Under the pieces are notes generated by a model. That model did not search any database and was not told the DNA's origin. It worked only from the letters and a program-made list of their open reading frames with translations. From an uncultured Verrucomicrobiales bacterium (lineage in GTDB: Bacteria; Verrucomicrobiota; Verrucomicrobiia; Verrucomicrobiales; Akkermansiaceae): a DNA stretch of 25,613 nucleotides. Each line of letters starts with the position of its first letter. Position 1 is the stretch's first letter. Below are positions 1 through 7,706 of the stretch, one piece after another. The DNA lies in NCBI GenBank assembly GCA_964455925.1, contig CAYWAG010000001.1:1-25613 (forward strand). Reading direction: 5' to 3'. Position numbers and translations under genes: made by a program.

Positions 1-1283
1 CCAGAACTGACAATTTCTCCGTTTACGAGGCATTTACAGTTCGCTTGACCAATAGATTTGCGCATTTTCGTGATCTCAGCCTCGATAAAGAGGGTGTCAC
101 CGGGGAGGACTGGCTTACGGAACTTCACGCTGTCAGCACTCATAAAGTAGCCAATCTTGCCTTGGTTCTCCGGAATACGCAGCATCAGGATCGATGCGCA
201 CTGCGCCATCGCCTCGACCTGCAGCACACCTGGCATCACTGGGTGGTCAGGGAAGTGCCCAGGGAAAAACGGCTCGTTAAAGGTCACATTCTTAATACCA
301 GTGCACTTAAAGTCGCCCTCAAAGTCGATCACACGGTCCAGTAATAAGAACGGATAACGATGCGGAAGGATCTTGTGAATGTCGTTAATGTCGAGAATCC
401 CCTCGCCTTGTGGAATGTTCACGGTCGGCACCATGCTACGCATCATGGAGTATTCCTTCTTCAGCTTAGATGCCATCTGCGTGTTTGGTCCGTGTCCTGG
501 CATCACCGCGATGACATGCCCTAGGATGCGCTTACCACAGAGCATGAGGTCACCGATGACATCCAGCGCCTTATGACGGGCAAACTCATTACTAAAGCGC
601 ATCGGCTCCTTAGACATAATCTCTTCGCCCCGAATAACGACTGCGTTCTCCAGGCTACCGCCTTTAATGAGTCCACTGTCAAGAAGCGGCTTCACGTCCT
701 CATAGAAGGTAAAGGTTCGTGCCGGAGCGATCTCCGCCTCGTAGGTCTCTGGATTCACGACACTAGAGAAGTACTGGGTCATCCGTCCATCCTTACCAAC
801 GTTGGTTACAGAAACACGGAACTGCTTATCTGGCACGATGGTAATAATGGGTCCCTTACCGGTATCCAGGTGGATCGGCTCGCGGATCTCCCACACTTTA
901 CGCGGGGCAGACTGCTCCTGTAATCCCGCCCGCTTAATGAGTTCCACAAAGGGCTGAGAGGAGCCATCACCGATCGGTGGTTCATTCGCATCCATCTCGA
1001 TGATAGCATTATCTACCCCCATCGCGGTGAGAGCAGACAGAATATGCTCTACCGTGTGCACCTTTACAGAGCCTTCCGCTAAGGTCGTGGCTCTATCCAC
1101 CGTCTGCACCTTCGTCACACAGGCGTCGATAAAAGGCTGATCATCGAGATCAACGCGGCGAAACTTAAATCCATGACCTTCCGGCGCAGGCTTAATCGTA
1201 AGGGTAACCTTTTCCCCTGTGTGTAAGGAAGTCCCCTCTAAGGAGGCTTCATTGACAATCGTATGTTCCATTAGTGAGGCCAT
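1..1283 (-). CDS. lpxC: Bifunctional UDP-3-O-acyl-GlcNAc deacetylase / 3-hydroxyacyl-ACP dehydratase (LpxC-FabZ fusion), 3'-partial (runs off the window)
   Basis: Manual translation from ATG at 1283: MASLMEHTIVNEASLEGTSLHTGEKV...HTVEHILSAL...HKALDVIGDL (LpxC zinc motifs), then LPHRYPFLLLDRV...EPFFPGHFPDHPVMPGVLQVEAMAQ (FabZ). No stop before position 1, which explains its absence from the ORF track. Confidence 0.95.
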   Translation of the reverse strand, partial: MASLMEHTIVNEASLEGTSLHTGEKVTLTIKPAPEGHGFKFRRVDLDDQPFIDACVTKVQTVDRATTLAEGSVKVHTVEHILSALTAMGVDNAIIEMDANEPPIGDGSSQPFVELIKRAGLQEQSAPRKVWEIREPIHLDTGKGPIITIVPDKQFRVSVTNVGKDGRMTQYFSSVVNPETYEAEIAPARTFTFYEDVKPLLDSGLIKGGSLENAVVIRGEEIMSKEPMRFSNEFARHKALDVIGDLMLCGKRILGHVIAVMPGHGPNTQMASKLKKEYSMMRSMVPTVNIPQGEGILDINDIHKILPHRYPFLLLDRVIDFEGDFKCTGIKNVTFNEPFFPGHFPDHPVMPGVLQVEAMAQCASILMLRIPENQGKIGYFMSADSVKFRKPVLPGDTLFIEAEITKMRKSIGQANCKCLVNGEIVSS

Positions 1284-1385
1284 TGTAGTATGATAAGAGA
1301 CAGCTCCCCGCTGAAAGCAAGGAATCTTTTTCGGATTATCACCTTTCTCCGCTGCCGTAGGCTGGATTATACTACCTCATATTCT

Positions 1386-2153
1386 ATGACACCTGCCTCC
1401 CCCCTTCAGCAAATCACGACCTGGCTTGACACTTACCTGAACCACGCCCACACGCCAGACTACCCCACCGCCTATAATGGTTTACAGGTAGAGAACAATG
1501 GCGAGGTCTCACACATTGGCTGCGCGGTAGATGCCTCGCTCGACACCATCTATCAAGCCATCGAGCAGGGAGTCGACCTCTTGCTGGTCCACCACGGTCT
1601 CTACTGGCAAGGCGTAGAGATGCTGACGGGCTCCTGGAGGGAAAAGTGCAAGCTCCTGCTGGAGCACAATATCGCGGTTTACAGCTCACACATCCCTCTA
1701 GACATCCACCCAGAAGTCGGAAACAACATCCTCCTGGCGCAAGCGCTAGGAATGCAAGACATCACGCCCTGCCTACCGTGGAAATCGATCAACATCGCTC
1801 TGCGCGGCACCCTCGGCATCCACCGAGACGAACTTATCGAGCGCCTCACTAGCATTACCCATGTCGCCCCCTTCACCTGCCTTAGGGGGCCAGAGATCAT
1901 CGACGACCTATTCCTCATAACAGGAGGCGCTGGCTCCCAAATCACAGAGATCCATCAACTCGGTGGGGAAAACTTCCTCACCGGAGAAGGCACCCAGTGG
2001 ACAGTCCCATACGCAGAAGAGAAGCAAATGAACTACTTCCTCGGGAACCACTACGCCACAGAAACGCTTGGGGTAAAAGCACTCGCCGACATGATAAAAA
2101 CACGCTTCAACCTTAATAAATCAACATTTCTCCGTACAGATAACCAGCTCTAG
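1386..2153 (+). CDS. NIF3/DUF34-family dinuclear metal-centre protein
   Basis: YNGLQVEN, AVDAS, DLLLVHHGLYW, YSSHIPLDIHPEVGNN, TGE and HYATETLGVKAL motifs. Start placed at the internal Met (1386) because the first 32 codons of the track ORF overlap the divergent promoter region of lpxC. Confidence 0.9.
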   Translation: MTPASPLQQITTWLDTYLNHAHTPDYPTAYNGLQVENNGEVSHIGCAVDASLDTIYQAIEQGVDLLLVHHGLYWQGVEMLTGSWREKCKLLLEHNIAVYSSHIPLDIHPEVGNNILLAQALGMQDITPCLPWKSINIALRGTLGIHRDELIERLTSITHVAPFTCLRGPEIIDDLFLITGGAGSQITEIHQLGGENFLTGEGTQWTVPYAEEKQMNYFLGNHYATETLGVKALADMIKTRFNLNKSTFLRTDNQL

Positions 2154-2241
2154 ATCTATATCTATTACGAATATCAGAGAGGAATGAGCCTCGACAAAAA
2201 TACAAACGAACACCGTTCGGGATTATTTTTCGTCAAAAGAA

Positions 2242-2271
2242 TTGACTTTTCTTAGCTAAACCCTTTCTAAT
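2242..2271 (+). promoter_or_regulatory. Candidate sigma70 promoter of the EPS export locus; -35 overlaps a GTCAA-N5-TTGAC palindrome (2232-2246)
   Basis: TTGACT (2242-2247), 18-nt spacer, TCTAAT (2266-2271), 15 nt upstream of ATG 2286. Confidence 0.4.
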
Positions 2272-2285
2272 ACCATTACATAGAC

Positions 2286-3011
2286 ATGAAAAAATTAATA
2301 CTTGCACTCACTCTTGGGTCACTTGCCAACGGGCAAGAAGCCCCCAGCACACCCTCGCTCGACTGCACACTCCTCTATAAACAAGCAGAGAAAGAAGCAG
2401 CGGCATCAAAATCAGAAGACGCCGCAGTCCTAAACATGGTTCGTCTTTACGCCCAGCGTTACCCAGACTGCCTCTGTGAAATCGTCAAAGCTGCTATCGT
2501 AGGAAGTGAAGCAAACAAAACTCTAGTCAAATCCGTTGTAGAAACCGCTATCGTAGCGAGTCCAGACCAGTTTGACACCATCGTGAACTGCAGCATCGCC
2601 ATCGCTCCAGATGCCGCTAACGAAATCGCCGAAGTAGCTAACCAGTTCTCTGAGGACGCTGCTACTGTCGCGAAAAAGTCGAACCTCCTCTACCTCAACG
2701 GCAAGAACACCTTTGGTGGTAAAAACGCAACTTCCTATGGCAAAAACGGCGGCGGCAAGAACGGCTATGATGGTCAAGCTAACGAATCCGAAGTCACTGA
2801 GCCCTTCTCTACGAACGCTCTTGATAACCTTGGTGCTGGAACAAACTTCGCCAACTTCAGTGTTGACCCAGGTGCAGGTCCAGAGGGCATCACCAGCACA
2901 GCAGCTACCAGTGCGAACAACCCTACCTCCTCTACTAACTTAGGCTCTGTCTTCGTTGCCCCTCCAGCTGTAAACCCTGTTACGCCTGACCTAACTCCGT
3001 CTCAGCCATAA
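2286..3011 (+). CDS. Secreted hypothetical protein: signal peptide, Ala-rich helical domain with Cys, four GKN repeats, Pro/Thr/Ser/Asn-rich tail
   Basis: MKKLILALTLGSLANG signal-like N-terminus; PDCLCEIVKAAI...VETAIVASP...SIAIAPDA helical repeats; NGKNTFGGKNATSYGKNGGGKNGYDG; codon usage like neighbouring genes. Confidence 0.8.
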   Translation: MKKLILALTLGSLANGQEAPSTPSLDCTLLYKQAEKEAAASKSEDAAVLNMVRLYAQRYPDCLCEIVKAAIVGSEANKTLVKSVVETAIVASPDQFDTIVNCSIAIAPDAANEIAEVANQFSEDAATVAKKSNLLYLNGKNTFGGKNATSYGKNGGGKNGYDGQANESEVTEPFSTNALDNLGAGTNFANFSVDPGAGPEGITSTAATSANNPTSSTNLGSVFVAPPAVNPVTPDLTPSQP

Positions 3012-3043
3012 TCCTGCTTTACGAAACTTTTTTTACCAACGTA

Positions 3044-4258
3044 ATGAAATATCAACTCACCCTCCTTACCGCTGCTGGTGTAGCAGCTGCAAGTGCCCAA
3101 GGTCTCTATGACACCTCTGGCGACAGCAGTTACTCTGACGAATCTGCCTTCCAGGTTACCGCAGGTGCTCGTGTCGGTTTTGACGACAACGTCAACCCTG
3201 TTTACTCTTCTGAGCTTGGCAAAACTGACTCCTCTTATATCGGTGCAAATGTCCGTGTTGCCTACAGCGAAACACAGTCAAACGCTAACCTTGGTCTCTA
3301 CGCTGACCTTGGTGCGATTACATACCTATCCGACACAAACGGAGACTCTACGTTCCCTGTAGTCAACCTTGGCGCAAACGCGACCTATAAGGTTAACGAG
3401 CGCATCCAACTCAGCACCAACAACCGCTTCACCCACGGCCTTGAGCCAGACTACGAGCGTGGCATCGCTAACGACCGCCGTAGTGACGCATACTCCACCT
3501 ACTCCTCATTTAACGCGATCGGTATCCGTTGGTCACAGCGCTTTGCGACCAGACACGGGATCAACTTCTCTGGTGCGGATTATGGATCTGGTAACAACTA
3601 TAACTCCATCTCCTTCCGTAACACCCTCCGTTACCGCCTTAACGACCGCACCATCCTCAAAGGTGGTCACGTTTTTGGTCTGAACGACAGCTCTGACTCA
3701 CACCGTTTCTTCGGTGGATTTGAGCACTCCTTTAGCGAGAGAACCGGTATCGATGTAGAAGTAGGCGCCAACACGCTTGATCGTGACAACGGTTACTCCT
3801 CCGACGGCTTCTTCGCCAGCGTCAGTGTTTCCCACCTCGCTTCTGAAACCCTATCCTACCGCGCCTACGCTCGCTATGATACGAACGACCTCTTCACATC
3901 CGTTCCTCTATCCATCTCTGCCCCAGACGCTAACGGTAGAAGAACTATCGCCAGAGCAAGATTCCAGGCGCGCCGTAACCTCCGTCTCGGCGGTAGCTTC
4001 AGCTACCAGTTCAGCGAGAACCTCGGTCTCTTTGGTGGTCTCTCTGTCGTCAACACTACTTACATCGACGACCAAGCTGGTGCGGTTGATAACTCCAGCT
4101 CACTCATCTTCAACGTGAACGCGGGAATCAGCTACAAGCTCACCGAGAACCTCTCTGGTGTTCTTAACTATAACCACACGCAATCCATCTCTGACGATCT
4201 CCCTCTCTACGAGTATGATCGTAACCGTTTCAGCCTCGGTCTAGAATACGCATTCTAA
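3044..4258 (+). CDS. Outer-membrane beta-barrel protein of polysaccharide export loci (BBP2/EpsX/VpsM-like)
   Basis: Signal peptide, alternating beta-strand pattern, GARVGFDDNV near the N-terminus, C-terminal YDRNRFSLGLEYAF (terminal Phe, Bam signal); directly upstream of wzc. Confidence 0.8.
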   Translation: MKYQLTLLTAAGVAAASAQGLYDTSGDSSYSDESAFQVTAGARVGFDDNVNPVYSSELGKTDSSYIGANVRVAYSETQSNANLGLYADLGAITYLSDTNGDSTFPVVNLGANATYKVNERIQLSTNNRFTHGLEPDYERGIANDRRSDAYSTYSSFNAIGIRWSQRFATRHGINFSGADYGSGNNYNSISFRNTLRYRLNDRTILKGGHVFGLNDSSDSHRFFGGFEHSFSERTGIDVEVGANTLDRDNGYSSDGFFASVSVSHLASETLSYRAYARYDTNDLFTSVPLSISAPDANGRRTIARARFQARRNLRLGGSFSYQFSENLGLFGGLSVVNTTYIDDQAGAVDNSSSLIFNVNAGISYKLTENLSGVLNYNHTQSISDDLPLYEYDRNRFSLGLEYAF

Positions 4259-4272
4259 TCGTCTGAAATTTA

Positions 4273-4289
4273 TTCAACAATTTGTTGAA
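4273..4289. promoter_or_regulatory. Perfect interrupted palindrome TTCAACAA-T-TTGTTGAA (operator-like)
   Basis: 8-bp arms with 1-nt spacer, read directly, in the barrel-wzc intergenic gap. The loop is too short for an RNA hairpin. Confidence 0.4.
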
Positions 4290-4296
4290 CGCAAAG

Positions 4297-4330
4297 GCTC
4301 TACAGCGGTCAAAGCTGTAGAGCTTTTTTT
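4297..4330 (+). terminator. Rho-independent terminator between the barrel gene and wzc
   Basis: Stem GCTCTACAGC/GCTGTAGAGC (10 bp), 7-nt loop, followed by T7. Confidence 0.75.
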
Positions 4331-4341
4331 ACTTACCATAG

Positions 4342-6546
4342 ATGAACGATAACACTCCCAACCTCAATGATGCCTCAGAGGCGAATCTCCATGCCATCAA
4401 CTACTGGCAGGTGCTAAGAACCCGCTATGGGGTGATCATCCTTACCGCTCTCATTGTTTTTATTACTGCCTTAGTTATTACTAAGATTCTGCCGAAGAAG
4501 TATAAGAGCTACTCTACAATTGAGATCCACTACCCACACTCTGAGCTCGATCCCCTTCAACACATTGGTGGTCAGACTTTACGGGGAATCGAAGCCAGTA
4601 GGTATTACTTAGAGACACAAGTAGAGCTTCTTACTTCGGAGCGTACTTTGAAGGAAGTGATCCAACAGCTTGACCTCGTTGCCCAATGGGGCGTGAAGGA
4701 AGACGTTGCCGTTCAGATCATCCGTAGCGTTACTCGGATCACCCCCGAGCGTGGCACGGACCTCGTCAAAATCGAGGTCAACCATAAGGAGGCAGAGGAA
4801 TCCAGCGAGCTAGCGCAAGGAATCGCCTACGCCTACAAGAAGCAACGGGAGGAAGTCGAAGCCGGCAAGATCGATACCGCCCTCGGCTCACTCAACAAGA
4901 TCCTCCAAACCCAGCAGGAGAAGGTCGAGGAAAAGCGTACCATGCTCCAGCATCTTACACGGGCAGCAAAAGTTACAACTACAACCCTCAATGAGGACGG
5001 CTCTACCGGAGGGAATGAAGCCTTAGCGCACCGTAACTCCTTCTTCGAGCTTAACAATCTAAAGAAAACGAAGCAAACACTTGAGAACCAAATCCGTGCT
5101 ATGCAAGACAAGACGGATGAGCAACTTATCCAGACTGCTATTGGGATTCAGGTCGTATCAAGCCGTGTCCCATCGATGCATCAGCGCTTCATCGAGAGCG
5201 AGCGCCAGCTTATCGGCTTCCGCGAAAGTGGCTATGGAGAGAACCACCCCAGAATGGTATCTGCCATTAAGATGCACAACCAGCTGACGACTGACCTCTA
5301 TGAGGCTGTCGCCGAATTACGTGCCACTCTCGACGAGCAACTCGCGCTCATCGACCGCAACATCGAGGCCATGGCATCTGTAGTGGAGCAGGATCAATCC
5401 ACCGCTATTAACGAGAAGATGGCGGGGCACGAATACCAAGAAGCGAAGCGTGAATACGACACGGCTAAGGGGATCCTGGAAACCATGCGCATCGAGCAAA
5501 TCTCGCAGCGCATTAAGATTCAGACTCCTAAGAGCACCATTACCATCCACGAAAACGCCCGCATCCCAGAGTCACACAGCTTCCCTAACGATAAGCTCAA
5601 CCTCATCATTGGTGCCGTTCTCGGTCTCATTATGGGGCTCGGTCTCGCCTTCATGCTCGAGTTTGTGGACTCCTCTGTGAAGAGCCTGGACGATGTCGAG
5701 CGTTATCTCCAGCTGCCCGTCCTGGCGGTTATCCCTAAGGATATTGAACTCCTCCATCAGAACAACGGAAACTCCCCAGATGCGGAGGCATACCGAATTC
5801 TCCGAACGAACATCGAGTTTAACCGCCGTCGTAATCCGGACGACAACTGTATCACCGTCGTCTCTGGTGGTGCCGGTGAAGGTAAGTCTACCACCCTCAT
5901 TAACCTTGCATACGTATGTGCGCAGGGCGGATACAGCACCCTTATTATTGATGCGGACTTACGCCGTCCACGTCTGCACACCTACTTCGACATTCCGAAC
6001 TCTATTGGACTCTCGAACTACCTGACCTCGAACCTTACGCTCGAGGATGTCATCCTGCAGACCCCTACAGAGAACCTCTACTTCATGCCCTCAGGCGTGG
6101 TCAACGCTGACCCAGCGGGTATTCTCAACAGTAGCCGTATGACAGGTCTCATTTCGGATGTAAAAGACCGCTTTGATCTCGTCCTGATTGACTCACCTCC
6201 GATTCTCGGGGTTAGTGATGCATCGGTGATTTCCAGTGGATCTGACCAGACCATGATCGTCGTTCAGCACCGTAAGCTCCCACGGAACATCCTGCTTCGT
6301 GTGAAGCAGTCCGTAGAAGACGTAGGTGGTAACATCCTCGGTGTCGTCCTGAACAACGTGGATATCAAGAGCGATAGCCAGTATCAGTACTACACCAGCT
6401 ACTATACTTACTACTCTGCCGACCAAGCGACGGCAAGCGCCCCCCTAGCGAACGCCTACAACGAAGATCGCAGCAAGGTGAACAATCCTCGCGCGGCGTC
6501 GAATAAAGCTGGTCGCAGCGCGTCCAAGGATGAATCTATCTATTAA
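4342..6546 (+). CDS. wzc: Polysaccharide co-polymerase / tyrosine autokinase (Wzc family)
   Basis: Two TM segments flanking a coiled-coil periplasmic domain; Walker A GGAGEGKST, A' IIDADLRRP, B LIDSPP; tyrosine cluster YQYYTSYYTYY. Confidence 0.93.
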   Translation: MNDNTPNLNDASEANLHAINYWQVLRTRYGVIILTALIVFITALVITKILPKKYKSYSTIEIHYPHSELDPLQHIGGQTLRGIEASRYYLETQVELLTSERTLKEVIQQLDLVAQWGVKEDVAVQIIRSVTRITPERGTDLVKIEVNHKEAEESSELAQGIAYAYKKQREEVEAGKIDTALGSLNKILQTQQEKVEEKRTMLQHLTRAAKVTTTTLNEDGSTGGNEALAHRNSFFELNNLKKTKQTLENQIRAMQDKTDEQLIQTAIGIQVVSSRVPSMHQRFIESERQLIGFRESGYGENHPRMVSAIKMHNQLTTDLYEAVAELRATLDEQLALIDRNIEAMASVVEQDQSTAINEKMAGHEYQEAKREYDTAKGILETMRIEQISQRIKIQTPKSTITIHENARIPESHSFPNDKLNLIIGAVLGLIMGLGLAFMLEFVDSSVKSLDDVERYLQLPVLAVIPKDIELLHQNNGNSPDAEAYRILRTNIEFNRRRNPDDNCITVVSGGAGEGKSTTLINLAYVCAQGGYSTLIIDADLRRPRLHTYFDIPNSIGLSNYLTSNLTLEDVILQTPTENLYFMPSGVVNADPAGILNSSRMTGLISDVKDRFDLVLIDSPPILGVSDASVISSGSDQTMIVVQHRKLPRNILLRVKQSVEDVGGNILGVVLNNVDIKSDSQYQYYTSYYTYYSADQATASAPLANAYNEDRSKVNNPRAASNKAGRSASKDESIY

Positions 6547-6584
6547 TATGTAATAAGAGGAAACAGAACACGTATTATAATATA

Positions 6585-7160
6585 ATGAATGCTATAAAAT
6601 CTCTCCTACTGCTGTTGACACTCCTGTGTGTGGCTACTGCCGATGTTATCAAGAAAGAATCCCAAGTCATCGTCACGATTAAGGGCGTGCCGGCGCAAGA
6701 CGCGCAGGAGATCAGCTCTGAATACGGAGTTTACGCCAACGGGACGATCAACCTCCCGTATATTGACCCCGTTTACGCAGCAGGGAAGACCCCCAGCCAG
6801 CTCGCCAAGCACATTGAACAGCTCTATACGAGTAAGAAGATCTACACGAACCCCACTGTGAATGTTCGCTACCAACCTGGTGAAGCAGCGGATGTAAAAA
6901 TGATCACCTTCGTTTCTAACAGTGGCTCTAAAAACGTTCCCTACATGAGAGGATTCACGCTTCAGACCGCGATCGCAGCTGCAGGTGGTGCGCAGACCTT
7001 CGACTCTAAGAGACATGCAATTCTCGAGCGTAACGGCAAAACCTACAAGTATGACATGGAGGATGCATCGCACCGTAACCTTAAGATTTATCCTAACGAT
7101 GTCATCCGCCTGCCGCACGTTAATGAGGGGGGAATCCTTGATAGGCTCTTCAATCGCTAA
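6585..7160 (+). CDS. wza: Polysaccharide export protein (Wza/OPX family, short form)
   Basis: Poly_export motif YGVYANGTINLPYIDPVYAAGKTPSQLAKHIEQLY...NPTVNV, then an SLBB-like TLQTAIAAAGG...IYPNDVIRLP; only 191 aa. Confidence 0.85.
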   Translation: MNAIKSLLLLLTLLCVATADVIKKESQVIVTIKGVPAQDAQEISSEYGVYANGTINLPYIDPVYAAGKTPSQLAKHIEQLYTSKKIYTNPTVNVRYQPGEAADVKMITFVSNSGSKNVPYMRGFTLQTAIAAAGGAQTFDSKRHAILERNGKTYKYDMEDASHRNLKIYPNDVIRLPHVNEGGILDRLFNR

Positions 7161-7202
7161 GCGTATTCCTGTATAACCATTTTTCAACTTTGTCTATGTA
7201 AG

Positions 7203-7236
7203 TGGAAGTCACGAGTAATCGTGGCTTCCATTTTTT
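7203..7236 (+). terminator. Rho-independent terminator after wza
   Basis: Stem TGGAAGTCACGA/TCGTGGCTTCCA (12 bp, one G-U), GTAA loop, T6. Confidence 0.8.
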
Positions 7237-7692
7237 ATAACTCACATTACTGCGATAACCGTGGCATGCCCATCTTGGGCATGAACGCCAGAAGGTATAC
7301 TATTACAAGGGGGGAGCGTTCCGACTTTATGATCGACGTCGCCGAAGAAAAGAGGATCAAGGACATGGCATTCATCCAAGACTATAAGGGGTAATCCTTA
7401 ATTCCGCAGTTGATTTTTGAACCGCAAAGGCGCGAAGACACAAAGAAGATTGAAAAGTTAGGTATTCATTATTTTCACCCTCCTTTCCGCTCACAAAACC
7501 CCTCAACTATACAAATTCATATAAAACGTCATGTATGAACTTCGTCCCCCTATTGGGTGAAGCCCAATTCAAGCAAAATTTATTCACCACCCCCTACAAA
7601 ACTTAGCGTCTTTGCGTCTTTGCGGTTTCCTCACTGCGGAATCAAGGATAATATGATGCACTCATAAATTATCGCCGTAATGTGAGTTATAA
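7235..7692. mobile_element. Outer MITE-like element with 24-bp terminal inverted repeats
   Basis: TTATAACTCACATTACTGCGATAA (7235-7258) versus TTATCGCCGTAATGTGAGTTATAA (7669-7692): 23/24 inverted match. Can be read as TA|TAACTCAC...GTGAGTTA|TA (TA target duplication). No transposase ORF. Confidence 0.7.
7392..7651. mobile_element. Inner MITE-like element with 16-bp TIRs and inverted 8-nt-period subterminal repeats
   Basis: TCCTTAATTCCGCAGT (7395-7410) versus ACTGCGGAATCAAGGA (7633-7648), 15/16; TAA on both flanks (7392-7394, 7649-7651); CGCAAAG/CGCGAAG/CACAAAG (7423-7445) mirrored by CTTAGCG/CTTTGCG/CTTTGCG (7602-7624). Confidence 0.7.
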
Positions 7693-7706
7693 GTCCCCCC
7701 TTATTT

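Noticed and set aside
45-1009. Track ORFs 45-344, 157-357, 379-576, 573-923 (+) and 806-1009 (-)
   Set aside because: Shadow or off-frame ORFs over the lpxC-fabZ gene; no motifs.
2207-2219. CGAAC-ACC-GTTCG palindrome as a LexA box
   Set aside because: The spacer is 3 nt rather than the 4 nt of the Firmicute box, and it does not match the TGTTC-N4-GAACA box reported for Verrucomicrobia.
7266-7394. 42-aa ORF MPILGMNARR...QDYKG as a small gene
   Set aside because: Lies inside the outer MITE, has no RBS, and its stop is the inner element's flank; treated as element debris.
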